Source: Octopus sinensis (taxonomy: Eukaryota). Taken from it: a DNA stretch of 64,000 bases. Where the stretch lies: the NCBI RefSeq assembly GCF_006345805.1, contig NC_043003.1, positions 73,656,001-73,720,000 of the forward strand, in the 5' to 3' direction. A program made the position numbers and the translations under genes. The notes beneath the pieces were generated by a model, which did no database searches, was not told the DNA's origin, and worked only from the letters and a program-made list of their open reading frames with translations. Below are positions 41,018-54,481 of the stretch, one piece after another. Numbering within the stretch: the stretch's first letter is position 1; each line of letters begins with the position of its first letter.

Positions 41018-43459
41018 TGTTTCCAATATTAAAAAAAACTGTCCTCAAAGGAGAAAAAGAAAATTGCTCCATTCAAAGTAAATTTTAATCTTATTTGTTA
41101 AAAAGATTTCTAACAATATCACGTTGGATCCCTCAGAGTTCACATCAGAATGACCACCAAACATCGACAAATGGGGAAGTGGCAACTAATTAACCATCCA
41201 CTGGTACTTAGCTCTCTTCACGTCCCACTAATGCCAACTGAAAATAAAATAAAGTTGGATCACGTGATAATTACCAACCAGTGCCAAGATGTAATGGCAT
41301 TTAAAAAATCATTTTATTGTCATACAGACTGCAGGACAATGCATACGCGCGATGTCCAAGCTGCAGTAAGTTGAATCGTCAGTGTTACATAAATGAATAT
41401 ATTTCCTTTTCTGCTTTTCACCACGGCTACACATGCGTGGGAAAGACTGGATGTCACTACAGTTGGTAGGATGGTTATAGGACAGATGTTATATATGAGT
41501 TGTTTGGGACATAATTTCATATTACAACATATTTTAGTCTGAGTAAGTTAGAATATATAGAGATGTCATTTGTACTCTTCTATGAAAGCAAAGAGGAAAA
41601 AACCCAAAAAGTAGTTTACTTTTTATTCTCAAAATTGATCAACTTGTCTTTTGTATTACAATCAAAATTACTGTGGCATAATTTAATCACTAAACATAAT
41701 TGAACATCTTAACCACTCTTACAATATATTTTTTAAAAAAGCATTTAGTTTTTCAATGTAAGTAGCACAATATCCAATATATTTCCGGTTAAGGTAACTT
41801 CCAATAAAGGTGAGAGTTATGTGAGTTATTGCATTAGATTGGAACTTATTTCAGGAAAAATACTTTCTTACAAAACTGAGAAAGCAACAGCAGAAGCCAA
41901 AAATTATTATTTTTAACCTGCCTCTCATATATGTGCAAAATGAGATGTAGCTAATAATTCTTTAGATCTACAAAAATACGCTTAATGAATCATTAAACCA
42001 AATATTAATTAGTCAAAACAACAGTTTTAGTGGCAAACTATTCTAGAAATATTATCCAAGAGGTCGACTGTAAATGTAAGACAAGCGAGACTTGCGTCAT
42101 AATGGGAAGATAAAAAGATAATTAATAAACCTAATTATCAATAAAATAAGATCAAAATCTCCATCTAATGGGTAGCAGAAATAAAAGCCACGCAATATGT
42201 ATCAGGCGTATTAGTTAATGAGTTATGACATTGCATGTGTATACATAAATACATACATACATACAGACAGACAGACACCCATACACACTCACACATGTAC
42301 ACTCACACACAGACATATACATACATAGACACATACTCACACATGCACGCACGCATACACACACACAAAAACACACACACACATATATATAGATATATAA
42401 ATTTTAAAAAAGTAGTATTATTACCGTTATTATTAATAATAATGAGGTAACTAGCAAGATTACACCTTTACAGGTGAAATATAAGCTACATTTATATTCA
42501 ATACGGTGTTTAAATACCACTTGGTATAATCGGAGGCATCGATAGAAAACCATTAGTAACTCACTATTAAAATACCCACCGGCAATGCAATGGACTTTGG
42601 AGAAACAGGATTACCTTGCGTGGAATACATAAGTAAGGAATGTATATTTCACTATCAATTGATTTCAACCTCTGTATGACTAACATACTCTGGTATCGTC
42701 AGTTGAAAATAAAATTCTTAGCATCTATTTCTGAAATATTCATCGCATTACCTCGTGTGCGTTCTTTACTTGAAACATCACCTCGACACTTAAAAGAAAA
42801 CTATCACGAGCCAGTATAAATTTAAATACAGAAGTATTATTACCGTTATTAATGATAGTAGAAAGGTAGGTAACATGTTTACAAATATACAGGGGAAATA
42901 TCTGCTAAATTGAGATTCAGTAGACTCTAATTTCCCAAGTCACCATAAGTACCATTCAGTGGTAAACAGATTTATAATAAAATTACCCTACACCCCTCCT
43001 CCACGTTTAGGTACCTCTTCCAATAAACGTAAACTTAATTCCTAGTACCTAAGTATACTTACACATAACATAGATTAAAGCACCGAAAATTCTAATACCA
43101 ACAATGATGGCAAACACTACACCCGCAAACCTAGCACTGCAACCAGAATTAACCACGATACAAACATCGACGCCTCCCATAAAGTTACAAGCGGAACTGA
43201 GGTGAGTGATAATATTAGTACCACCACTAATACTACTATTAATAACTTCAATACGACTGATACCACCACTACTATAAACGCTAGTGATATTTAGGACTGT
43301 TTTTTCATGAATTCTTAGGAATCTTAGGAATTAGTAGAGGGTGAAAACTCTGAAGCTTAGAATTTTGTTATTGACGCAAATGCCCATGTATTGGCTGAAT
43401 GCTATTTTTCTGTTTTGGGGAATTTTGATCCAATCTTTTTCGTAGACTGTTTTTATTTG

Positions 43460-44190
43460 GCCTATGTATTGCTCTTGACACCCATTGCAGGAGAGGGGAC
43501 CTTCTCAAAGGCTTTATTTAGATCCCAGACGATGAACATTGCAGGCTGCTGTTGTTCCTGATACTTCTCCTGGAGTTGAATGGCACGAAAGGTCATGGCG
43601 ATTGTGCCTCGAGAAGGTCGGAAGCCACACTGGGACGCAGGGAGTATGTCTTCCGCGAGGATGAGGAGGTGATTGATTAGGATACTTGCAATAATCAGGA
43701 GTGAGATGCCTCGGTAGTTGTTGCAATCGTCTCGATCTCCCTTCTTGTAGATGGGAAAGAAAGTTGCATCGCGAAAGTCGTTTAGTGGTGGGGGTCTTGC
43801 TTTCCCAGATCTTAAGGATAAGGAGTAACAGATGATTTCTCTGCTCAGGTCCACCGTGCGTGAAATAATTAAAGGGAATGTTGTCTGGTCCTGGAATTCT
43901 CCCAGCTTCCAGCTTTCCAGGTCTGCCTCCGGTTCCTACGATCCATCGTCATTGGGCTTTTTGAGACAGATTCGAAAGACGATCGCTGAGTAATTCTGGA
44001 GGACGTGGCGTTGGAGGTGATGCACACCGGGGCAGGAACTTTCCATTTGGTCAAGATGAGACGTGCAGTCTTGATGAGGGTGGTTGTAGCGGACTGCTGG
44101 AGTCTATTCACCTTTATCATTCCTGCCGGAGTTAATCCGTGGTGCTTGAGATAGCCCTCCACTTTTTACGCCGTTGAGGTCTTGATGCTG
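43460..44190 (-). mobile_element. RTE (BovB-like) LINE RT fragment
   Basis: PGPDNIP..FRDATFFPIYKKGDRDDCNNYRGISLL..LPASQCGFRPSRGTIAMTF..QLQEK..DLNKAFEKV. Confidence 0.9.
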
Positions 44191-44216
44191 GTCATGATGA
44201 ATGTTCATGTATAAGC

Positions 44217-44248
<32 letters not shown>

Positions 44249-44394
44249 TTATATGTATACATTTATATATATATATATGTTCATATATACAAGTACAAAT
44301 CTATATCTATCTATTTCTCTCTTTGTCTCCCTCTGTTTTCTCTCTCCCTCTCTCCCTATATATATATATATGTATGTATATTCTTTTATTCTTT

Positions 44395-44790
44395 CTTTTG
44401 ATTATTTTAGTCATTAGACTGCGGCCATATTGGGGCACTGCCTTGAAGAGTTTGAGTCCATTGATTCGACCCCATTACTTAATTTAAATAAAAATTTACT
44501 GAACCAGGCACTTAGTGTATCGGTCTCTTTTGCCAATTTAATAAGTTACAGAGACATAAACACACGAACACTAGTTGTCAATCGGGAGTTGGCAGAGCGA
44601 GGACACACAAAGACACACAGGAGGACACGCACACAAACACACACAGGCACACACATATGTTTTTCTGTTTCTGTCTACGAGACGCACTCACATGGCTTTG
44701 CTCAGCCCGAGACTATGGTAGAAGACATTTTCTCAAGCTGCCATGCAGTTGGACTGAACCAAGAACAATGTGATTAGAAGATGGCTTCTT
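44395..44790 (-). mobile_element. SINE family 2, full-length composite with internal (CA)n, decayed
   Basis: Colinear with 59785-60205 (gactgcggccat..atcggtctcttttgcc..gttgtcaa..(CA)n..gtctac..agaagac..gcagt.ggactgaac). Confidence 0.85.
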
Positions 44791-44799
44791 ACCACTCAA

Positions 44800-45005
44800 A
44801 TTTGTATATCTTTGTGTTTGTGTTCGTCCACTGCCTGACAACTAGTGTAGGTGGAATTAACCCCTGTTTCTAATCAGTTTAGCTAAAGAGGCCGACAGGC
44901 TAAGCATCAGGCTTTAAAATATAAAGCGCTGCTGTCGATTCGTTCGAGTAAGATTCTACAAGGCGATGTACCAGCATGGTCGCAGCCTGATAACTAACAT
45001 GAAAA
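44800..45005 (+). mobile_element. SINE family 2, 3' module only, decayed
   Basis: tgacaac..tgtcgattcgttcgag..caaggcgatgtaccagcatggtcgcag. Confidence 0.7.
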
Positions 45006-45496
45006 GTGCATGAGATAATTCATTTACACGTGAATATTGATATTGTATTACATCTATTGAAGAAAAACAATCTCCAGCAATATACAGTTAAGTTCAATTC
45101 TATATGATGTCTCTGGAATCATTCTATCTTTCTAGAAATTTTCACAGCATTCATGGATATGTCCTGTCTTTAAAAGCTGAACTTACGTTCAGCTGCATTG
45201 CTATTTTAACACATCTTCTGACAGCGCGATATTTCCTGCAAATAATATCTTATACAATGATACTGTAATGTGGTACTTTGGAAGTATATATATACTAATT
45301 TGCTGACATTTTAGGCAGCTGTTTCCTGCGTAATTGATATATATGTATAAAATCTCAGGATTTTAGAAGCAAATTTGATAGGATATAAATCGTTTATCAA
45401 AATTTAAATGTCACATACTGATTTTCCATTTCATAGATACATTACGCACGCACACACACACACACACCCACACACACACATGCACCCACACACACA

Positions 45497-45543
<47 letters not shown>

Positions 45544-45554
45544 GTCTTTTATCT

Positions 45555-45845
45555 TTTCTTTTTTATCTTTTACTTGTTTTAGTGATAAGTCTGCAGGCGT
45601 GTTAGTGCATCGCTTTGAAGAATTCTCGTCGAATGCATCAATCCCAGTATGGAATTTTTTAAAGCCTGGTACTTATTCAATTGGTATTTTGCCGAATCGC
45701 CGTGTTATGGAAGCGAAAACACTATCAGCGGTTGTCAAGCGCTGGTGTTTGTGGGTGAACAAAGGCACAAAGACACACCCACACACATGAACATATATAC
45801 ACTGGCTTATTTTAGTTTCCGTCTTCCAAATCAAGACTCTCAACT
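45555..45845 (-). mobile_element. SINE family 2, decayed
   Basis: ggtacttattc..tttgccgaa..gcggttgtcaagcg..(CA)..tttccgtcttccaaatc. Confidence 0.75.
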
Positions 45846-46229
45846 TGTCATAGATCTAGTGTATAAAACAAGAGGGTTATTAATATTGCCTGCGTTAGTG
45901 AGTACAATAAAACGTAGATGTAAAAGTATGCCGTTGACTAAAAATACGGTTAAAATGCAACTGCAAGTACAACTTAGACGTGTGATGTAATTTGGATCAA
46001 TGAATATACTATAGTTTACAAATAATTTGAAACCTAGGTCTTCCTATCGAAAATAGATAAACATAGATAGAGAAGATGATACACGCACATATACATATAC
46101 ATTCGGAATCTATTATATTGTAATGTTGTAGAGTTAGATATGTGATGGTTTATGTAGATGTACATAACATTTATGTACATATAGTCATCTGTATAGCTAG
46201 CTAACTGAGCAGCTAAATGCATATTTGAG

Positions 46230-47490
46230 AGGTCCACTAGGAATAATAGTTGCCCTAAGACAGTGCCTGTGGAACTTTACTTGCTATTCGTGCTTCCTTA
46301 GATGTGACTCCATTGGCCACCACTGCCTGACGTCTATCTCCGAGTTTTACACCTATGCCAAGATCTCGCAGTTTATTGCATATCATACCATGGTCGACTT
46401 TGTCAGAAGCTTTTGCAATGTCGAGATACATCACATCCATGCTCGAGTCATTCAGCAGCTATTTTAACACACAGTAGAAGTGTTTCAGCAGCTTTGTTAG
46501 AACGCATGTACTTGGTTGAAATCCATGGTGGGTGTTAGTCCGCAAGTCATTTTCTTCAAGGAACGCGATTAGTTTCTTGCGGACTATTCGTTCCATGACT
46601 TTACTGATGTGTGAGCTCAGAGAGATACGCCTGTAATATTTACATCTACTTTGCTTCCTCCCTTATGGATATGGCATATTATTCCTTCCTTAGTCTGTCT
46701 GGGAGGTTATCTCTTGCAAGGAAGCTGTAAAAGAGATGCTGCAGTGGTTTTGCAAGGGGTCGTTTGCATGATTTGAGAAGGAGCGCTAGAAATCCACAGG
46801 AGCAATCTGCTGAGTTTGTATCAACTTCATCTATGGCCAGTGTTACATCTCCATCAAGGTTGATGCATTCAATTTTTGCCTCCTGGTTTACATGTAAAGT
46901 GGCAAACAAATTTGCTGATGTGTTCACTTGCCTGTGTCCCAGAGGTGTAGTGAACACATTTTGGAAATGTTCGTTCAGTGTTTCACTTATCCTCTAGGGA
47001 TTTCCTGTGAGGGAGCACTCGTTTTGGAGTGGCATACTGTGGCTGTTTCTTTGGCAAACTTATAGACAGCTTTAGGGTTCGACTTGATAATTTCTATAAC
47101 CCAAGATTCTTTAGCTGCTCTCTCCTTTTCATGAGACTGATGCATGCATTTTTCAATCTCCAATAGCGCTCTCTCGAGGTGCCATTTCCCACCACTTTTG
47201 GAGTGTTTTCTCACGCGGTTCGCAAACTCAGCCCGTCGTCTCATAAGAATCTTCCTTTCCATGGGGATCCTATTTTTGTGTATGTTGGTCTTGCTGAATG
47301 GGACAGGTTTATCACATATGGCTTGTATTATGGACATGAAACGTTTCATGTCAATGTCTGATGTGGAGAGACATTTAGGAAAATCCTCTTTGAGAATCAC
47401 TTTCTCAATCAACATCCACTTTGTTTTATGAAAATTTAGTTTGGAGAGATTTTGGGTGTCTCGAATTGGCTGTATTTCTGCAGGAGCCTT
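46230..47490 (-). mobile_element. CR1/L2-clade LINE fragment (linker and RT N-half), decayed
   Basis: EIIKSNPKAVYKFAK; LLLKSCKRPLAKPLQHLF..LP; DVMYLDIAKASDKVDHG..L..LGI..RRQAVVANG....VPQ. Confidence 0.88.
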
Positions 47491-47849
47491 TGGTACATAT
47501 ACACACGCACATATACGTGCGCGCAAACACACACGTACTCACACAGCCTGATACTGATATTTACACTGTTGAATTTTCTTTTAACAAATTTTCATGTGAT
47601 TTACTGTTTTCGTAATTGTGAAGTTTTTAAATATTTACAGTTGCCTATCACTTGCATCTTAAGCAGTTATGCTTGTTCGAGACGTTAGAAGAAATTAACG
47701 GAGTATGTACTCACAGAGTCACTTACTTTGAATTTGCTGAAGTTAAACAGCCGGCGGCGTTTAATTGTGTTCTTGCAATAAAAGGTATGTTTACATATCC
47801 AGGGAAAAAGTTAAGGTTATATATTCACAGAAAATTGTATTTGGCAAGG

Positions 47850-48335
47850 GAGTGCTAGATGGAGGCATTATCTCTTCGAGACAAGCTCTTCAGGCATGAA
47901 AGTGGCAACAGCTTAACCTACTCGAGATGCTTGCAACAGGACGAAAACGTCCTGCATACAATCATTCAATGTCCGTGAATTAAAGAGGTGTGAACGTGTG
48001 TGGAGCGGCGGCTGTCAAGTGGAAGACGAATTGAGCTCTCTGCCGAGTGCATAGTGAAATTTGACACACCTTCCGTTAGCAGAGAAAAAAGATAGGTCTT
48101 TTTCTGCCAAGTTGTTGCGGCAAAAGAGGCTGCATGGTGGACCCATCTGAAAGATTTGAAACCATGCACTTTCCTATTTGGTCGAACCCTCATAAATTAC
48201 TTCAAATATCATTTGAAGAAGTTGAAGGTAGAAAGTGGGGTGCTGCATTCTTGTGTGTTTATCAAAAGGTATATGACAGTGGTTAGACTGGTGAGACTGA
48301 ATGGAGCAAATCTGAGTATGATTTTTTAAGGAGGA
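47850..48335 (+). mobile_element. L1/Tx1-type LINE C-terminal fragment with zinc knuckle
   Basis: ALSLRDKLFRHESGNSLTYSRCLQQDENVLHTIIQCP (degenerate CxxC..H....C) followed by AKEAAWWTHLK..LINYFKYHLK. Confidence 0.65.
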
Positions 48336-49309
48336 GAAAAGTAGCTTGGAAATAACAGAGTAATCTAGAATTTTGCCTGGGGTTTATCCCCAGTTACCCT
48401 AAGAGGACTGCCTTGCTTATGGGGATTCTATTTATTTGTGTATTTATTATTTATTTCTCTGTTCTTTATTTGCATATCCATTGTTATATCTTTAATGTGG
48501 TAGTGTCTCCCCTTGATCGATTTAAACCTCAGCTATTTTTGTTATTTGTATGCTGTAACTCATACTTTGATATTGTCTTGTGTCCTTGTGCCCAATAAAG
48601 AAATCATCATCATCATCATCATCATTATTATTGGTGGTGGTCATCATCGTCACCACCAGTAGCAACAGCATCAGCAGCATCAACAAAAAGAAAATATACC
48701 TGCAGAACAGGAAGAAACAACAACAGGAACAATAGAACACACACACGCAACAACATGAAGAAAAGACAAACACAACAAGAAATGCATAATAGGAAACCGC
48801 AAACATAACGAAACACCGAAGGAGAAAAATGTGGTAGTCAAAAACAACACAGTACAGAAAGCAAAACATCAGAAAGGTGAAATGACATCAGAAGAGGAAG
48901 AACCCCCCCCCCCCAAAAAAAAAAACAAAAAAAAACAAAGAGAGAATGTTAATAAATATGTCAAGTCAAATTTATCAAATTGTCTTGAAAAACTTCCCAG
49001 GGTTAATAAAGGGCGAGTTCTATCAACTTGATTATATTTTTGTATGTCGTAGCTGACGAAGATTTTACACAAGAGATAAAACTCTCTTTTTTATCTCTTG
49101 CCCAATTTTCATAAACATACAAAGTAAATGCATTTAAGATATCATTACTTGTTTGACTTCATTATTATACATTATATAACTCCATGCCAGAACAAGCAAT
49201 GGGGTCGTAGCTCCATTCACAGCGATGAAATAACTAGGGTTTCGAGTGGTTTGCTCTATTAGATACGAGTCCAAAATTCAGCTAACGAGCATCGCTTCTA
49301 AACATAGCA

Positions 49310-49438
49310 TGGATGTGTATGTTTGTATTTATGTATGCATCCATGTATATATGTATGTATGTTTATATACATACATACACACACATATATATATATATAT
49401 ATTTATGTATATACATATATATATATATGTATTATATA

Positions 49439-49489
<51 letters not shown>

Positions 49490-49490
49490 G

Positions 49491-49526
<36 letters not shown>

Positions 49527-49604
49527 TATATAGTATATATATATATATTATATATATATATATAGATATATATATATATATATATAATATATATATATAT
49601 ATAG

Positions 49605-49635
<31 letters not shown>

Positions 49636-49733
49636 ATATAGTATATATATATATATATATATATAGATATATATATATATATATATATATGTTATATATA
49701 TATATATATATCTATATATATATATATATATAT
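49310..49733. repeat. ~420-bp imperfect (TA)n-rich dinucleotide tract
   Basis: Read directly from the sequence. Confidence 0.95.
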
Positions 49734-49897
49734 AGGCGCAGAAGTGGCTGTGTGATAAGTAGCTTGCTAACCAACCACATGGTTCCGGGTTCAGTCCCAT
49801 TGCCTGGCATCTTGGGCAAGTGTCTTCTGCTATAGCCCCGGGCCGACCAATGCCTTGTGAGTAGATTTGGTAGACGGAAACTGAAAGAAGCCTTTCG
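49733..49897 (+). mobile_element. SINE family 2, tRNA-like head (young) followed by its microsatellite; 3' module absent
   Basis: ggcgcagaagtggctgtgtgataag..ggttccgggttcagtccc..cttgggcaagtgtctt..gtagacggaaactgaaagaagc. Confidence 0.92.
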
Positions 49898-49968
49898 TAT
49901 ATATGTATATATATATATATATGTATGTATATATGTATGTATATATGTATGTATGTATGTATGTATAT

Positions 49969-50010
49969 GCAGTAATCCCTCAATTATCGCGGGTTACATA
50001 TTACTAGTAG
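49969..50010 (+). mobile_element. Possible pogo/Tigger-type terminal inverted repeat
   Basis: cagtaatccctcaattatcgcggg resembles pogo-family CAGT..CCCTCG..TATCGCG termini. No partner TIR was located. Confidence 0.35.
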
Positions 50011-52649
50011 CGTTTCAGAGAGACCTGACATGCATACATACATTTTGTTATATTTCGGGACGGTCATTTTCTTACCCAATAAACCCACGCACTATATATT
50101 AGTTCTTCAATTCATATTTATTATTGTTTTTGTTTTATGTCCTTTGTCTGAAGATCTTTCGTCATACATCATGTGACCTCTTCAGCGACTCTCAATTGCC
50201 CGTTTTTCCCCCTGTTCTTTTTAGTCCATTTTGTTTTTATACGCTGTGCACTACAGAAACATAAAATCTTGTGTTATGACTGCATATAATTCAGATTATT
50301 TTGTCGCCATTCCGCCAATAATAAACAACGAATTGACTGAGAAATCAACGAATTTACCAAACAATCCATTACCTTGTAGGTTGAACATGTAACCAATTGA
50401 CTAACAATAAAGCAAAACTGTAACCGTGCGTGTGTTTATCCACTGATACAACAAATTTATCTTCAACACATGAGTTCCCATCAATAATCTTGCAAAGCAA
50501 ATACAAAATATTTGATGTTTTGTTTTCTCTTTTGCAAAGAATTTAGTTTCCTGCAGATTTAAGTGACTTAGTGTATATACATGTTTCACTGCATCGTTGT
50601 AGTTTGCCTGTAGACGGACGGATATTGATAGCAAATATCGAACTGAAAAGATGATATAATCTTCATTGGGGAAGCATATGGATCCTTTACTTAGAGAAGA
50701 GTAGTTGTTCTCATATAACGAAGATTGGTGCTCAGTTTTAGAAATCAATGTACCTATAAAAGATTTACTTACATTTGCAAAATTGGTTTTCAAAAAATTA
50801 TTCATCGCTATGTTCCCATGATTTGAAAATCCGTTTTTGTCTGTTTAATGGTATACCAAAACTTTAATGTTATTAAAATATCCATTCTATCCTCGATGCT
50901 AAGATAGGCTACTCTAACTTCGTCGATGTATTAATCACGACAAGAGGGGCAACTTAGGCTACTTAGAGGTACATTAAAACGTGGTGTATATCACCTGGTG
51001 ATGAGTAGAACTCTTCAAAAATATTTATGGTTTCGTTTCATCGAACACAGAGACAGTTGTGGTTCATAATAATCCTGATATCACCAGGACTTTGTTATTG
51101 AATTATTCGAATTTTACTTTTTTTATCATGTTAGGGGCATAATGTTTAAGGTATTGAATGAAAATATAAGTGGTGGATGAATTTTTTTCATTTGAAACTT
51201 ATTTTCTCCTCGATTAAGTTATCCTCAAAGAAATATATTTCGCATAATATTCTTTAATATTCTTTTAGCAGAGTTTGGTCTTTCCTGTAATAAAATACTC
51301 ACGTAGGCAATTTTTCATGGATCGCATTTTAATGGTGTATGAAAATGAATGTTGACATATTTTCGGGAAAGAGCTAAAGTGAATATTAATATTATCTTTT
51401 ACTTTTTTTAATTTTTAATATAACATCCAATCATTTACTGTTGGAGAAAACTAATATAAAAAAAAAATATTAATTTTAACGTTGAAAAAGGTAAACGCAT
51501 ATAATTAGACATAAACCACCATATATAATAATAGTAAACACATCTGTAATTAATATCAAAATACTATTTTGAAAACCATTTAAACATAAGTATGGCAACA
51601 AAATAAAAAGAATACGGCATATATATTATATTATATTATCTCTTATTATAAAAGGCAGATTTTATCTGCCTCCCAAACCGTTTGTTTATTATACAAATCT
51701 ACAATGTAGAATTTCTTCAATTAGAATTTACCTATCATTTTTACGAGTAGAATCCACCGGGTCGTGGCATGTAAAGTTTTTTCAATTTCACCCCCAATTA
51801 AGCAAAAATTCAAGAAAACTAACTATTTAACGATTTTTCTCTTTCAGTTCAAGTGATTCACTAATACCATTACCACTAAACTTTCTCCTTCTTTCTCTTT
51901 GCAAGTGTGCAACGATTAAAGTGAAAGTATTTATATAAAACGGATGAACTGCTTCACTCATGCTATCACCATAATTTCTCCTACTTTCTCTTTGCAAGTG
52001 TACCTTAAACCACTACTAAAAAAAACACAGCAAATAGAAACAAATAAATACATAACGATTTACTCCTCACACAATTTCTTCAATTAGAGTTTACCTATGA
52101 TTTTTCAAAGTACTTCCATTCGGTCATGGCATACAAAATTTCTTTCAGTTTCACCCCCAATTAAGAAAAAATTCGAGAAAACTCAATATTTTACCATTTC
52201 ACTCTTTCACGTCAAAGCCTTTACTCTGCCTATTACTCCACTTCCTATTTACACACATAGACGCAAATATATAAATAAAATTGTAAGCTAACGTGTGCCT
52301 GTGTGTGTGTCTCTGTGTGTGTGCGTGTGTGTGAGTGTGTGTGTGCGTGTGTGTGTGTGTGTTTTAGGGTGCGTGTGTGTGTGAGTGTGTGTGTGTGACA
52401 GGGATGAGCCCTTCAGAATGGTCATCCTTTTTGCTACAAGATCACCTATGGTCTTATTTGCTACACCACTGGTTTTCAGTTCATATTAATCAAATTAATA
52501 TTCAGAACAAGGACTACTCATTATAATACATCAGTTCCACACATTTACCCTGGTTCCATTTCGGACAACTGCACAAACATTTGCCATTTCACACATGTAT
52601 GTAAACAAATTCCTTTCTTAAAAATTTCAATTCATTTTCTTTTTCAATT

Positions 52650-53315
52650 CATACAAAGTTGTTTAGGACGAATATAAGTTCTAAAGTATATCCGAGTAGC
52701 AGAAAGATCGCCCAGTGTGTATATAGATATTTAAATGTATTAATATATTCATCTATACACACATGTATGTATAATGTGTATGTATATATTTCCATAGAGG
52801 CAACCATTCACTCCATACAAAGTTATTTAGGACGAATATCAGATCTAAAGTATATCCAAGTTACAGAAAGATCGCCCAGAAGTGTATATAGATATTTAAA
52901 TGTTTTCATATATTCATCTATACACAGATGTATGTATAATGTGTGTGTATATATTTCCATAGAGGTAACCATTCACTCCGCACAAAGTTTTTTAGGACGA
53001 AAATAACATCTAAAGTTATCTCTAAGTAGCAGAAAGATCGTCCAAAAGTGTATATAGATATATAAATGTATTTATATATTCATCTATGCACACATGTATG
53101 TATAACGTGTGTGTATATATTTCCATAGAGGTAACCATTCACTCCATACAATGTTTTTTAGGACGAAAATAAGATCTAAAGTTATCTCTAAGAAGCAGAA
53201 AGATCGCCCAAAAGTGTATATAGATATTTAAATGTATTTATATATTCATCTATACAAACATGTAAATGTATTTATATATTCATCTATGCACACATGTATG
53301 TATAACGTGTGTGTA
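52650..53315 (+). repeat. ~165-bp minisatellite, ~4 units, inside the Helitron
   Basis: Units start at 52650, 52814, 52979 and 53145 (catacaaag..taggacgaa..gaaagatcgccc..catagagg.aaccattcactc). Confidence 0.95.
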
Positions 53316-53519
53316 TAGATTCCTAACTACTCCCACATTTTGCGATGCAGTTTAACCAAAATCGGGTATCTTATAGTCGTGATTCACATCAAACCCTTCT
53401 GGGTGTTAGCGCGCGTCTACGATGAGTCTACGATTTTACAAATAATTTACCATAATTTTTTTCCATTTTAATGCATATTTTTTTAATAAGGGGAAGTAAC
53501 TCTCAAACTTTACACCAAT

Positions 53520-54041
53520 ATGCGTGCTCATATGCGACGTAATGTCACATCAGCAGCATTTCCTCACACCCTCCTTGCACTTGGCGAAGGCAAAATACCA
53601 GGGGATGAAAATGGTAATATTGCCATCGATTCCATTTGTACCATTGTTAAGACGCCTTCTGGTCTCAGAGATGCAGTGTTCCCAGATCTACAAGCTAATT
53701 ATCAGAATATGGATTGGATTGGCCAAAAGGCTATACTAGCCCCGAGGAATAAAACTGTTCACCATATCAATGATGAAATGCTAAAACTCATTCCTGGGGA
53801 AGTCTATGTATATCAGTCTATCGATACAACTCCTCACCCAGATGACGTCATCAACTATCCAATAGAGGTACTCAATTCCTTTGAGCACCCCGGACTACCA
53901 CCACACATTCTCAAACTTAAAGTTGGTGCCCCTATAATGCTCATCAGAAATTTGATTCCCCCAAAACAATGCAATGGCACACGTTTGATCGTTAAGTCCT
54001 TATCTCCCACCGTAAACTTATATCAATATTTGCCTGAATAA
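53520..54041 (+). pseudogene. Helitron RepHel PIF1-family helicase internal fragment (173 codons, no Rep domain)
   Basis: AILAPRN..V..IN, YP.EVLNS..GLPPHILKLKVGAPIMLIRNL..CNGTRLIVK. Confidence 0.92.
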
Positions 54042-54137
54042 TCATCATAATTCAGTGCAATCATTAACAGTACTTTCAAGCAATTCAGCCCCGAGCAACG
54101 CCGGGTAATTCTGCTAGTATTATATATATATATATAT

Positions 54138-54176
<39 letters not shown>

Positions 54177-54416
54177 GAAAGAGAGAGAGAGAGAGAAAGA
54201 GAGAGAGAGGACAGTTAAATTCCAAACCACTATTAGGGATAAAATTTCGAATTGAATGAAAAATAAAAACATATACCATCTAACTCTTGCACCAATGTTT
54301 TCAGACCTGTTTTAGGAAATAAAATAATTTGCTTGGCGAAGCCTTCTTCAGCAGGTACAACTTAGATTTATTTAATATATGCACGAGGCAATCCACTATG
54401 TGCCCCGTGCTTATAC

Positions 54417-54481
<65 letters not shown>

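Larger units (their letters stand above)
51639..54117 (+). mobile_element. Non-autonomous Helitron (~2.48 kb)
   Basis: A|TC 5' end at 51638/51639, 3' hairpin cccg-a-gc-aac-gc-cggg, and CTAG|T 3' end at 54117. It carries a PIF1-like helicase fragment. Pairing of the two ends is inferred. Confidence 0.8.

Noticed and set aside
42950-43120. Possible third Penelope linker remnant
   Set aside because: Needs several assumed indels; not supportable.
49733-49810. tRNA gene
   Set aside because: tRNA-like boxes are SINE heads that continue into SINE body; no cloverleaf.
50401-50805. 134-aa minus-strand ORF
   Set aside because: No recognisable domain and AT-driven amino-acid composition; compatible with chance.
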